Of a stretch of DNA of 64,000 nt, positions 16,163-27,541 are shown in pieces. Each line of letters begins with the position of its first letter. Within the stretch, counting starts at the first letter, position 1. The stretch lies in the NCBI GenBank assembly GCA_009859145.1, contig VRVR01000042.1, positions 62,001 through 126,000 of the forward strand, written 5' to 3'. This DNA comes from Andalucia godoyi And28. Lineage: Eukaryota > Protista > Jakobida. The notes beneath the pieces were generated by a model, which made no database searches, had not been told where the DNA came from, and saw only the letters and a program-made list of their open reading frames with translations. Made by a program: the position numbers and the translations under genes.

Positions 16163-18172
16163 TTAATCTGCAGAAGCGAAGAAGTCGATTTGATGACCGA
16201 GGCTGGCGAGCTTGTCTGAAGGACGAAGTCTGCGACAGTTCGTATCGAACAACGGTTCGGCTTCCGCAAGTCCCATCGTAATTTCCTTCCTGTGGAGCAC
16301 GGCATCGAGCACACGTTCTGGAAACGGTTCTGGCGGTTGCACAAAAGGCTCGGACGTACTGAACGAAACATACTTGCTTGTGGGTCGGAAGTTGAGAACC
16401 ATTTGAGGTTGCAACACCGAAGAGCCATGACTAGCGGCGTTGTTGGACACCTCGTTGGTACCCTCATCAACAACGTCTGCTGCTGCAGACTTGTGCACCG
16501 AGTTTTGCGTGGCCCACATCTTCAGATCCAGTGCGCTCGGCAAATGAAACGTGGTTACAAAAGGAATGGTCTTTTCTGCATCTGCAATGGGATCCGAAGT
16601 AGTGGACTGTGGCTCTCTGGCGAGCGTTTGGTGCAGAGAAGCTTCAATCTTGGACTCGATCAAGGTAGGCACCTTGAACTTGGTGATGAAATCGCTACGT
16701 GCTGCATCATCATCTTCTTGTTGATGTTGTTGTTCTTGTCCTTCTTTTGCAGGTGACTGACCAACGAACAGCGGGGCAACCGGTGGCAATGGGTTCTTCG
16801 GAGCGTGCAGAGGACGGCGCAGCACAGGAGTCTTTGGATGCGGAAGGAAGGACTGGAACATCGAACGAGACTCGAACGATACCAAGACTGGTCTGTCTGC
16901 GCTTGATTCGATTATTTTGGGTCTTGCAAACGACGATTCGTTCATGGAAATGTTTTGCGCACTCGTGAACGACTCGGAGAGTTGATTGCCGGATGCATCC
17001 GCAGTGCACACCGATAAGACAGAATTGTCAGCGTTCACAACGGCGCTATCATTCTTCAATGTCGAATTCAACAGAGTCATCTTTGCATCTGCCTCGATCC
17101 CTTTTCGCGGGGCAGTTCGAGGAGGCTGCACTTCTTGCACCGCAACTGCATCTCGCCGGTACTGTCGATCAGGGACATTCGGATGTGTTCCCGCAGCTTC
17201 AAAGCTGTTCGGATCCGAGAGCGACGGCCTTCGCACAATCTTTGGTTTTAGCAGCTCCGATTCGCGCGACGGGAGCCTCTTCTTTTGTGCATCTCTTTTG
17301 CACAAGCTCTTTTCCAACAAGAATCCGGGATCTCGGTTACGAAAAGTGCAGGTTTTTGTTTCTGAAAACAACTGCAATTCTCTTCTTGTCAGCGCCACTT
17401 GATCATTGAAAGCTCCATCAAACGCTACGGAGACCAAAAACACCCAAGAAATCGCCAACTTTGACTTTTCAACTGGTCTTGGTAGCCTGCAGTCGCAAGC
17501 AGTGTATAGATCATCAACGGTTACCCGACGTCGTGATTTTCTTCCATTCAAAACAAACAAAGAAATGAGTAAATTATTGCACTAGTAAGCATCCCGTCCT
17601 TTCTTTTTTTTTAAAAGTTGCACATACCGATCTGCAAACGAGAACAAGGAAGGCCCGTCAAGAAGCAGCAACACATCATTCTTCGATATGAAAGCGCAAA
17701 CATCCCCTTCATCCACATATGCTTTTCTGCTGAAGTCGAGAATCCAGATTAGCTTCTCAAGAACTGCCTTCTCTATATGTACATCACACTGGAACATTGT
17801 CCGCAAAATTAAAATAAAAATAAAAATAAAATAAGGTAGCTCGCTCGCCGTTCTCTTGTTCTTTTCTTTTCTCTCTTTTTCTTTTTCTCTTCTTTTTTTT
17901 CTTTTTCTTGTCGTTTTTCCGTCGATGAAGGAGCGGTTTGCGATGAAGCTGCGCGCACACAAAGGAACGTTGAGGTTTTTTGCTTCAGTTGCAAACAAAC
18001 GTTGTACCTCGTGTAAGAGTGGCCACATGAGTCGTTGAGACCATTTGGGGAAAATTCGAGGGAACGCATCATCTACAAGCGACAGCGGACTGTCCTCCTC
18101 ACGCTCGAGCACACTCGCAAGAGAGGGAGGGAGAGATTCACAAAAGGCAATTTTTATTCCAAGAACCGACAT
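16163..18172 (-). CDS. Hypothetical protein, three exons (18172-18008, 17788-17628, 17486-16163)
   Basis: Introns GTACAA...TTCCAG (18007-17789, phase 0) and GTATGT...CTGCAG (17627-17487, phase 2) join three ORF pieces in frame. No family recognised. Confidence 0.6.
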
Positions 18173-18445
18173 CCAGAACGCACAGATAAACATGCCAAAA
18201 GAGAAAACATTCGGATTTAAAAAGTCCATACCTAATCGAAATGATTGCACGAAAAGAAAAAGGACAGAATGCGAGGACATCGCAGCAATGAGAAAAAGAC
18301 AATTCAGCAACAACGATATTAAAATTAAAAAAAAGAGAGAGATCTGGAGAAGAACTTCAGAAACATAAACATGAGTGATACTAACGTAAAGCAGCAACAG
18401 CAGACATCAGCGTCTTGGAGGCCCCTCAGAGGCTCTCGAACTTCC

Positions 18446-19423
18446 TCACAGCGTGTCATTCTCTGCAGCATCGCTGTTGGATCGCCGCAAGGGCAGCATG
18501 TCCTCGGATTCGGGCTCGTCACCATACTCTTCCATCTCTGTGTACATGTACGACGGCACGCCAGGACTAGCCGCGACGATAGCACTGGAAAACACGTTGA
18601 TCCAGGCGCCTCGCGCCTGGTCTCGGAGCTCCTCGGATGCGGAGCTCATCAGCTGGTTTTGCTCTTCTGCTTTCTTGGTCACATGCACCTTGCGCAGTTT
18701 TCGTAAAAACGCAATCATAATAACCCACGATATGGTAGACAGCGACAGAGAAAGAAGAGTCAGCTTTCCACACAGTGCGAACGAGTTGAATGCGTTGTGA
18801 TAATCATATGTCACATGCTGCCCATCGTTCGTCACGACATGAAACTGCCCACGGGGACGAAGAAAGGGATACGTTACGGAAGGAATGAAGAGCAGAATGA
18901 GTTGCATCGTTCCAGCGAATAGTATTCCCAAAAACGACTTGAATGTAAGTCGAGGTTCCTTAGACCATGTTAGTACGATAATGATGACGACTGTGATGAG
19001 CTGGAACCCAAACGCACATCCAGCGAGAACCAGACATGCGTACGTCCCTTCGCGAAACGACCTCCACGCATTCAGCCACTCGTCGTAATCCCCTTGACCG
19101 TGCTGAAAACCGGACTTGATGTACTCGTGAGTGTACGAATAAAAGTAGTCCACAATGAGCTCTTCATCAGCGCAAATGTCGGAATCTCCTTCCTGCGAAG
19201 TTTCCGTTTCAGGATTGCAAAACTCTTTCTGCGCAACACGTAAGCCGACATTCCTGTAGTAATTGCAATCTTCAATCGACGGAACGCTGTACGTCTGCGT
19301 CTGCCTGTCAAAGGACCATGGATACTCGTACGACCATTGATCAACAATCAGCACTCCAATGAAGATGAGCATGGAGAGGATTAACAGATATTGAGATACC
19401 TTCACCCACAAAAGGTAGCGCAT
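18446..19423 (-). CDS. Four-TM membrane protein (claudin/PMP22-like topology)
   Basis: TM1, then a large Cys-containing extracellular loop with W, then three further TM segments and an acidic cytosolic tail. Confidence 0.65.
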   Translation of the reverse strand: MRYLLWVKVSQYLLILSMLIFIGVLIVDQWSYEYPWSFDRQTQTYSVPSIEDCNYYRNVGLRVAQKEFCNPETETSQEGDSDICADEELIVDYFYSYTHEYIKSGFQHGQGDYDEWLNAWRSFREGTYACLVLAGCAFGFQLITVVIIIVLTWSKEPRLTFKSFLGILFAGTMQLILLFIPSVTYPFLRPRGQFHVVTNDGQHVTYDYHNAFNSFALCGKLTLLSLSLSTISWVIMIAFLRKLRKVHVTKKAEEQNQLMSSASEELRDQARGAWINVFSSAIVAASPGVPSYMYTEMEEYGDEPESEDMLPLRRSNSDAAENDTL

Positions 19424-19733
19424 TTTCTTCGTTCTTGATAACCGAGCTGCTGCCTTGTTGTTCCTTCTTTTTGAACAGTCTCTGGAGAAACGTCAGAGGA
19501 AAAATGCAAGCGCTCTCGGCACAGAACGTCCATTTTTGACTCGTTGAAGTCCAAGATCTACGATACGCAGACGGTGCCGAAATTGCGAAAATTTCCCCGA
19601 TTCTTTTGGCATTGAGAGCGAAAGAAAGAAACACCGTGCTGCTACTTGCTCCGAGAGTCACCTACCAAGGCAGCCGTCTTTGAATTTTTATTCACGTATT
19701 TTTTGCCCCTCAGCAAAAGTGCGATCATTGGAC

Positions 19734-20741
19734 ATGGAGGGGGCAGATCGTGTGGAACTTGGCGGCAACACAGCTCCCAGAGATCGCCGAGGGTGGAGGT
19801 ACAAGAACAAGAACAGAGAATACGCATTCTTTGAGAATACGGGTTGGACAGAGAAGCCAAATGTCAAAATGGTGGATTTCCACACTTGTGATTTTCCTTT
19901 TGAAGAGGCCAAGGAAGCCTTTCTTGCAGAGTTTCCTTACTGGCCGTCTGTGCGGCCTGCGGAGGTAAGAGAGCAGCCACCTGTTGGTGCAGAGTTGAAT
20001 GTTGAATCTGCGTGGAACAATCTGTATCTTCACCATGAGCACGGTGGCTATTTCCCTCCCAAATCCTATCTGTTCAAGGCATTTCCAGAACTTTTGGCAC
20101 TTGAAGATGAAACCCGTGAGCCGTCGGTGCTCGTGGACATTGGATCTGGTCCAGGCGCCTCTCTTTACCCTGTGATCACGACGGTTTCATCGAAGCACGC
20201 GTTCGTGATGACAGATTTTTCTGCTCAGGCGTTGGCAATCGCGCGCACAAATGAAGGATGCAAAGGGAGGAATGTCTCATTTGTCCAGTTTGACCCTACG
20301 AAATCAGATGCTTCAATCGAGTTTCGGGGAATGAACAGCAACTTCGCCGATATCTTGCTGTGTGTCTTCATGTTGTCTGCGACGCCGCCGTCGTCAACAG
20401 ATGTCGTGCTGAACCATTTTGCAAACGTTGTCAAGACTGGAGGCTACATTTTCTTCCGGGATTTTGCAGCTTTTGATATGATTCAAGCACGATACGAGCG
20501 CAAAGGTGGACGGATTTGTTGGACAGAGGAACTGAGTCTCGATACTGGATATTACGCAAAGGGAGACGGCATCACGGTCCGCTTTTTTTCAGTTGATGAA
20601 GTTGTGAACATGTTCAGAAGACATGGGTTTGAATGCATTGAATGCGTGTACCACTGCAATCGCCAAAATAACAGAGCCAACGGCATACGAATGGACCGCG
20701 TGATGGTGAATGGACGCTTTCGAAAGATGCAGGCGGATTGA
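19734..20741 (+). CDS. METTL2/METTL6-like (Trm140-type) tRNA m3C methyltransferase
   Basis: WNNLYLHH...Y...YLFKAFPEL, SAM motif VDIGSGPG, TDFSAQA, VFMLSA, GGYIFFRDFAAFDMIQAR, DGITVRFFS. Confidence 0.8.
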   Translation: MEGADRVELGGNTAPRDRRGWRYKNKNREYAFFENTGWTEKPNVKMVDFHTCDFPFEEAKEAFLAEFPYWPSVRPAEVREQPPVGAELNVESAWNNLYLHHEHGGYFPPKSYLFKAFPELLALEDETREPSVLVDIGSGPGASLYPVITTVSSKHAFVMTDFSAQALAIARTNEGCKGRNVSFVQFDPTKSDASIEFRGMNSNFADILLCVFMLSATPPSSTDVVLNHFANVVKTGGYIFFRDFAAFDMIQARYERKGGRICWTEELSLDTGYYAKGDGITVRFFSVDEVVNMFRRHGFECIECVYHCNRQNNRANGIRMDRVMVNGRFRKMQAD

Positions 20742-20821
20742 ACCAATTGTTTTCGTCGTTGTTGGTTTGTTGATTTGTTTTTGTTTGCGTTTTGATTCTC
20801 TCTCTCTTTTTTTTTTTTTTT

Positions 20822-21568
20822 TCATTTTGGCACCAAGTTTTGATGCTCCCATTTCCAAGTCAGTGATTCCAGCTCGGTTACCTGTGATTCCGAAGCACCG
20901 CCAGTCTTAGGCACTATCGACAATGTCCACATGCCTGTGTACCGACAAGCATTCGGCGTGTTGGACCTCTTCTCGAGGAGATTCACGAGCTCTTTAATCC
21001 ATCCTCCATGGGAAACGACCAATAAGTGATGATCTTCTTGCTTGTGCACGATCGGAATGATCGTGCTTTTCAAGAATAGCCGAACTCGTGATTGTACGTC
21101 TTCCCAGGATTCGCCGCCTTCTTCTTTGTAAAATCGCTCATACTCGCCAATTGAACCATACTTGTTTCGAAGTTCGCCGTCGGAACTCCAGACGGCTTCC
21201 ATGGTCCTTTTTCTGAGATCTTTCGGCTTCCCTTCGAAATCCACGCCTGCTTTGCGTTCTCTCAGCAGCTGATCGTACACACACGGGATTTCTGGATCCA
21301 AGTTCAGCAGTGCAAGAGTCTCCTTGGTGCGATGCAGGTCCGAGCAAAATACTCTGGAAAACAACGTCCAATCATCGGCATCTGCAGACGGATCCAATGG
21401 GAAGCAACAAAACTCGTGCGGATCGTCCAACTGAACGCCATGCAAAAACTCTCCAAGCCGAGCGCATTGGCGGCGACCAGCAAGAGTCAATGGAGAATCG
21501 GACTGGCCTTGAATCACACCTTTTACATTCCCCTCTGTTTCGCAATGTCTGATAAACGTAATCTTCAT
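20822..21568 (-). CDS. Histidine phosphatase (PGAM/TIGAR/PhoE family)
   Basis: FIRHCET catalytic motif, SDLHRTKET, LRER, GGESWEDVQSRV, VVSHGGWI. ATG at 21568. Confidence 0.9.
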   Translation of the reverse strand: MKITFIRHCETEGNVKGVIQGQSDSPLTLAGRRQCARLGEFLHGVQLDDPHEFCCFPLDPSADADDWTLFSRVFCSDLHRTKETLALLNLDPEIPCVYDQLLRERKAGVDFEGKPKDLRKRTMEAVWSSDGELRNKYGSIGEYERFYKEEGGESWEDVQSRVRLFLKSTIIPIVHKQEDHHLLVVSHGGWIKELVNLLEKRSNTPNACRYTGMWTLSIVPKTGGASESQVTELESLTWKWEHQNLVPK

Positions 21569-22643
21569 TGAGAAACTTGGGCACTGGCAGTCTCTCCTTG
21601 TCCCTCCCCAACTGACCGGCAAGAAGACTGCGATTCTTTTTCGCAGAAACTATCGATTCGGCTTCCGGCTTCCGGCTTCCGGCTGAAGTCGGTTTTGCCC
21701 AGACTCGCTAGCATCAAAGCCGAACAAAAACAAAGCACACCAGGCGGAAACAAATATTTGGTTTTCTTCCACGAATCTGCCCGATCCCGGAGAACCACGT
21801 AGATCGTGTGGCGCAGCGAGTGTCAGTCGTTATCGATACTTCGCTGTTATTTGTTCTGTGCGCTTCATCGTCAGCATCATCATCATTGTCGTCGACGTCG
21901 TCATCATGATCATCTTTTTCCGTCCCATCAGACGTATGCTCCTCCGGACGCAGCCATTGCGGCTGTGCAGGGTTCGGCACACAAAGACGAATGTCCAGAG
22001 CAGCGTTTCCGTCACGTGAGACGAACCGACATTTGCGACGTCACCACTCCTGCTTCTTCTATCAATGAATTCAATCCGTTAGCGTCAATACGCGCGGATG
22101 CGGAGTTCGGGACCCTTGGCCTATGAAGTGGAAAACGTTCACGTCTGCAAGAAACACAGAGTCAAAGAACGAAGCGTTCGTGGACTACGAAAAAAGGAAG
22201 ATTCCGACGACAGCTCTCGACAGGAGGTTTTTTCGTCTGCGGCGTGTCGGCATCGCCAATGTGCGAGGGAAGAAACAAGACCACAAACAAAACAAAAAAG
22301 AGGAAGAAGAAGAAACAAGTAAGGAAACCGAGGATTTATGTATTTGCATGTTTACACGGAGGACTGTTCAAACCTTCATGGTCGAGTAGTGTTTTTTAAA
22401 TTTAATAGTAACATTAAATATTACACTTGGTGCTCACTCGCTGTGGAGAGAGGGTTGTGCCCAAAAATCAAAACAAGAGTCGACTATAAAACTCGAACAG
22501 TCGCAAACGATTGAATCTTTTGCTCACGCGGTTTCTTGCAATTATTATTATATTATTATATTATTATTATTATTTTTTGTTACTGTTTGATTTGGCAATT
22601 GGAATTTGTGTGGCTCGCTTATCCATGTTTTGGCAGGATCGCA

Positions 22644-25451
22644 ATGAAGACACTGTCCGTGTTGTGCCATAGATTGCACTTTAGTGCTTTTGATTACAGA
22701 GAACCCACTGATGAACATCAGGAACTGGTGTCGGAAGTCCGATCTCTCATTGCGGTTTCGCCTGTTGATGAGTTGCAAAGCTGTATGCAAGGACTTGCAA
22801 TCGATGTTGGAGCTTCGCCCTTTGTAGAAACTCGTGCAAAGTACTCCATCCTGCTGCTGTTTTCTTCCATCGTTGACTTCTCAAAGTTCGCCAGTCCTTC
22901 TAATAAACGAGAGATCCTTGGATGGATGAAGTGGTGTCGCTGGTGGATTCAGCCTGTTCTGACGGACATCCAACAGCATCCGCCCGCTGTGCACTGTTCT
23001 CTTGTACCATATCTGCGCACCATGCTGGTAGCGTTCCCATTAGCAACCACGACATCCGCGTCCGTTCTGAGCATTGCTTGTGCAGATGCCGCTGTGTCCC
23101 TCTACCTTGCAGGGTACCTTGAACACCACGAAATTTGCTTATGGTTGGATGCGTTGTCGCTCTGGAACAGTTCCAGAAGACCTCTATATGCACATGGCTT
23201 AGGGCTTATTCGACTCTGGCTTCATGAGCAGTATGTCAGGCAGCAGAATGATGCGCTGCTCGCCAAGGTTGCGGAACGCCAACAGTTGATTGTGGAATTT
23301 GATTCGACAGACATGGGTGCGCCGTCTTCGTCAAATGCCACTGCGATTCCTCCAAGTGGATCTCATTTGCTAAAATTTTGCATGGAAGATCCCAATTACC
23401 GGAAGGAGCTTTTTGGCACGGCAAACGACATGTTCGCTGGTTCCTTGTCAATTTTTGCAGAACAGCATCCTGACGAAGTCAAAGTACAAGCGTCCATCTG
23501 CTTGTATTTGGTCTTCGAAAGGTTTTTAGACGAGAAGAAGAAACTGTTCGTTGCGGAGAATGCTCAGAACTGGATGATGGAGTCGTCAACTGCTGGGAAC
23601 AAAGATGGCAAGTGTGAAGAAGAAATCAAGCAGTACGAGAGATGGAGACGTGCGATAGTGCGGGACGTGATTCAGATCAGTTGGACGCGAGAGTGGGCCC
23701 GCTTTCTCGTTAGCGTATGGATCAGCCATTTGGTAAGCGTTTTGAAGACTCCCGAAAGGAAGGATGTTGTTTCTGACAAGATCGGTGCCATGATAGATGG
23801 CATCTCAATTTCATCTGTGGAGGACTTGGATGAAGGCAGCGCGTCTATCCTGAGCGCATTGTTCATCCAAGCCCTCTCCGTGGATCCCGAGAACAAATCG
23901 TTTGCAAATCGACTGTCCAGCATGGCACAAAAATCCTCTGTATTTTTGTCGTGCTTCATTTCGTCATGTGCGTCTATGAGAGACGTAGTCCTGCCCCGCG
24001 ATGTGTTGGTGTGTATTCGCCAGCAGTGCAGCCTGCAGATAATCTCCCAGGATGCTGTAGCTTGGAAGCGCATGCTTGTAGGGATTTCTTTTAACATTTT
24101 CTCGGATGCTGTGCAAAAACAGAAGAAATTAACGGAAGCGATTGTTGTATTGGGCGTTAGCGAGTGGGATGTCTTGTTGGATGTCATTTCAGAGCATAAG
24201 ACTGTGTCCGGACTTGAAGAAAAGGAAGGAGTCAGCTTGAATCCCTCGATGTTGATGCAATCTGTGACTTCTACGCCGGAGTCTGAAGGCAAGAAACGAT
24301 GGATTGTTCGAGAAGTTTGCGCCGCGTTTCAGCATTTTGTAGATACCAATGAACCACAAGTAGACCATTGTTTTGTGGCGCTTGTGCAGAAGTGGAATTC
24401 TCGAAGTCGATCTGACACTTTGATTTCAGTGGTGGCTGCGCTAGCAAGCTTCATGTCCGCTGCTTGCACCGCGAATGTTGTTGAGCTTTGTGTTCGCATA
24501 CTCAAGCAACGGATGGCGGTGGAACACATTGTTGACCAGGTGGATGACCAGCTATTCTCAGTTTTGGCGCCTCTGCTGGTGCTCAAAACCATTCCTTTGA
24601 CGCTGTTTGCAGATCTTCTTCCTGCTCTACGTCTGGATCTCTTCTCATGCTTGATCAAGTTGACAAAAGATGTCCGACAGCATGTCAGACGAGTGGCGAG
24701 CGAGGTCCTTGCGCGTTCCTCGGATTCGTCATCTCTTCTCGAGTTTCTGGCCTCTCTGGATCCTGTCGTGGATTGGAGGCTGCGCTTGTTTCTTACTTGT
24801 CAGATTCTTTCGACTACCCCTGCGATTCTTCCTCAAAGTCATTTTGAATCCCTGATTGGAGAACGTCCGATGTCGGATGAACTTGCAGCTGCCCATTTTG
24901 AGACCATCAGCCTTTATGTTGTCACTGTACTGCAAGGTTTTCTTGAGCCCGAAATGATGCATGCATTGTGGACGTTCCCCACTGCTGCAGGAGTTTGTGG
25001 CAGAGCGGTTTCGCTCATTCTATCTCAGCGCCAAAAATTGTCCGGAAGTCAGCAACCCGTTTCTCTTCAAAACTGCCTCTCCCTTCTGCACTCCATCATG
25101 CTCCATGTTTCTGCATGCAATGACTCAACATCATCTCAGTCCGGTTCAATCGAACGATGGCTTGAAGTCGTGTTTCACTTGTCATTTCTCATCTCGTCTT
25201 TGATTCCCTCCGATTTTGAATCCTCTATCATTTTGGATGTGATGCAGTGGTGCCTTAAGACACTGCGCTTTCAGCAACAAGATGGCATTCGCTTCCAGGC
25301 TCTAAAGATCACAGGAGCTTTGGCATCTCACATCGCGGATGAGGCGGTGGTTGAATCGGTACAATCTATTTGGACGTCGCTGGCGAGAAATGCATCACCT
25401 CTTGGTGCACTCGCACAGCAGCTTTTGTCAGCCATCATCACTGCTTCCTAA
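22644..25451 (+). CDS. Large alpha-helical ARM/HEAT-repeat-like hypothetical protein
   Basis: 936-codon ORF, Leu/Ser-rich amphipathic helices, e.g. HVRRVASEVLAR and IRFQALKITGAL. Confidence 0.7.
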   Translation: MKTLSVLCHRLHFSAFDYREPTDEHQELVSEVRSLIAVSPVDELQSCMQGLAIDVGASPFVETRAKYSILLLFSSIVDFSKFASPSNKREILGWMKWCRWWIQPVLTDIQQHPPAVHCSLVPYLRTMLVAFPLATTTSASVLSIACADAAVSLYLAGYLEHHEICLWLDALSLWNSSRRPLYAHGLGLIRLWLHEQYVRQQNDALLAKVAERQQLIVEFDSTDMGAPSSSNATAIPPSGSHLLKFCMEDPNYRKELFGTANDMFAGSLSIFAEQHPDEVKVQASICLYLVFERFLDEKKKLFVAENAQNWMMESSTAGNKDGKCEEEIKQYERWRRAIVRDVIQISWTREWARFLVSVWISHLVSVLKTPERKDVVSDKIGAMIDGISISSVEDLDEGSASILSALFIQALSVDPENKSFANRLSSMAQKSSVFLSCFISSCASMRDVVLPRDVLVCIRQQCSLQIISQDAVAWKRMLVGISFNIFSDAVQKQKKLTEAIVVLGVSEWDVLLDVISEHKTVSGLEEKEGVSLNPSMLMQSVTSTPESEGKKRWIVREVCAAFQHFVDTNEPQVDHCFVALVQKWNSRSRSDTLISVVAALASFMSAACTANVVELCVRILKQRMAVEHIVDQVDDQLFSVLAPLLVLKTIPLTLFADLLPALRLDLFSCLIKLTKDVRQHVRRVASEVLARSSDSSSLLEFLASLDPVVDWRLRLFLTCQILSTTPAILPQSHFESLIGERPMSDELAAAHFETISLYVVTVLQGFLEPEMMHALWTFPTAAGVCGRAVSLILSQRQKLSGSQQPVSLQNCLSLLHSIMLHVSACNDSTSSQSGSIERWLEVVFHLSFLISSLIPSDFESSIILDVMQWCLKTLRFQQQDGIRFQALKITGALASHIADEAVVESVQSIWTSLARNASPLGALAQQLLSAIITAS

Positions 25452-25669
25452 GTGCAAACCCCAGTTTTCCCGCCAGCGTACTTCGAGAGCACAACAGTGC
25501 TTTTTCCGTGAGATGTTTACTTTCGGCTTCCACTTCAATGTTTTGCAAACTGCCGTAGGTCTCGTTTGGGGAATAAGAGATTTGGGGTGTTGTTCTTTTG
25601 GTTCGTGTTGGGGACACTCTTTTTTCCACTTGTTGCTTGTTCTCCTTGCTTGTTTTGCACAGCAAGCAA

Positions 25670-26544
25670 ATGAAGACCAAAGGTGTATTTGTGCTGTTTG
25701 AAGACGGAAACGTTTCGGCTTTGAGCCAGGGGTTTCGTTCTGTTGTTAAAGAGAGCGGATGCGGGTCGTTCGTCGTAGAGAGTGGTGACGTGCTTTCTCA
25801 AGCGTTGTGTCCTTCAGGAGTTGTATGGTCTTATTCTGCATCTCAGAAATGTTTTTTTGTTTAATTATATTTTTTCTCATTTTTTGTCGGTCAACATCTG
25901 TGTTTTGCTTATCTCTAGAATAGAGCCAATCTTTAAGCAGTCGCTTCAGACGGATTCAATCTCGAATCGTTATTTTGTCCCATGACGCTCCAGATGCATC
26001 TTTGCAACGCTGCATGTCGCTGTTTGATTCTTGCGAGGTGACGTCTTCTGTTGATGGTTTTTTGATGGAGTTGTCACAGCATGCTGCTCTTCAAGAATCG
26101 CCTGCAGCTTCATCAAACGATCTGATGTTTGTCTACGTTGCAAAAAACATGTTCAACACGATTGTCAGTCGACTGGATGCAGTAAGCGATGTCATTCATC
26201 GCAGTTCTTGTACTCGGAATTCGGTTCTTTCTGTAATTGCGAACATTTCGTCGGACCAGATGGAGCTTGGGTCTGCAGTCTTGGAGGTTTTTGAAAAGTG
26301 TGCGTCCTCCACCCTGTGTCCATTTCGTCCGCGCCAATCGTGGCAGCTCGTGGACTCGACTGTTGACAAGACGCGTATCGGCACGTTCATCATCAGCGGC
26401 CGCAACTGGGTGCGCGTGGATGAATGCGATTCGCTTTCAGTGAAGGACTGTGTGGCACGTGGTGCTTATCCTCCCCATGCACTCCGCTTTCTGCTTCCCG
26501 AACTCGTTTACAAGATGGGCTTTGCTGACAAGTACGGAGCCTAA
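25670..26544 (+). CDS. Hypothetical protein, two exons (25670-25822, 25924-26544)
   Basis: Phase-0 intron GTATGG...AATAG (101 nt, T-rich) joins MKTKGVFVLFEDG...GCGSF to the ORF ending FLLPELVYKMGFADKYGA. Confidence 0.65.
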
Positions 26545-26861
26545 CAGCTTCCCAGTTTTGTACAAAATCACACACTGTAAAGATGATCTTGCTTGTTTGT
26601 TTTTTGTTTTGTTTCGCCAGAAAAGAAAAGGAAGGGGGGGGGGGGGGGGGACGGCCCACACAACAGACCAAGAACAAGGCATTGAGAGTTTATATAAGAA
26701 GAGAAGAGATCGCAGCAACAAAGCAAGACAAAAAAACAGGGAAACAAAAAGAGAAAACGGAGGACAAAAAGATCTATGTGGTAATTCAAAAGCACTGCAA
26801 AATCCTAGACAGAAGAAAAAGAAAAGGACATGCAGAAACAGCAGATTTTTTGGACTTCGGT

Positions 26862-27071
26862 TTAGTGCGCATGTGTATGGTCCTTCTGCGCAGCCTGCTG
26901 TTCATTCTTGAGTTTTTCTAATTGCTTCTTGTGGTGCAAACACTCGAAATAATCCTCGCGGAGAGCAGCACACGGACCGATCGAGTTGTTCTTTGACATG
27001 CATTCGCTGAACGTCATCCACGCGGTGTAGCACCGGCCCTGTGTTCCCTTGACTCCGAATCCAGAAGACAT
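26862..27071 (-). CDS. NDUFS5: Complex I 15 kDa subunit (twin CX9C)
   Basis: MSSGFGVKGTQGRCYTAWMTFSECM...C...REDYFECLHHKK, a classic NDUFS5 pattern. Confidence 0.92.
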   Translation of the reverse strand: MSSGFGVKGTQGRCYTAWMTFSECMSKNNSIGPCAALREDYFECLHHKKQLEKLKNEQQAAQKDHTHAH

Positions 27072-27541
27072 GCTTGATCTTGAAGATTGAGAAACGCCCA
27101 GATAGATATGTCCCTTTCTGCACAAATCCAATGTCGACGACGCTAGACGGCGAGTGTGCGTTTTTTCTGGGTCTGTTTTTTGTGGGTTTTTTTTTTTAAA
27201 AATAAATTGTGAAGGACGACGCCTTATGTTGTTTTTTTCAGTCGCTGGCTTTTTGCTGCACCCCTCTCCCACACAGCAGCATCAAAGAATCAAAACGAGG
27301 AGTGGGGGGAGCTGACTACAGTCCGTTTTCTCTTTATGCTGGATTGCCGCACGATCGGCAGATTCGACACTTCCAGTGGGGTTGGGGAAGTTGGGGCGAT
27401 AAGGATGTGACAACTCGCACACACACGCAACACACACACAAATACACAAACAACAAGTCACGCAACAGCAACCACCCGGGTTCGAGACGGAATCTCCGAA
27501 GAAAGACAAGCGAAAACTCGGCTGTTTTGTTTACTCCTCTG

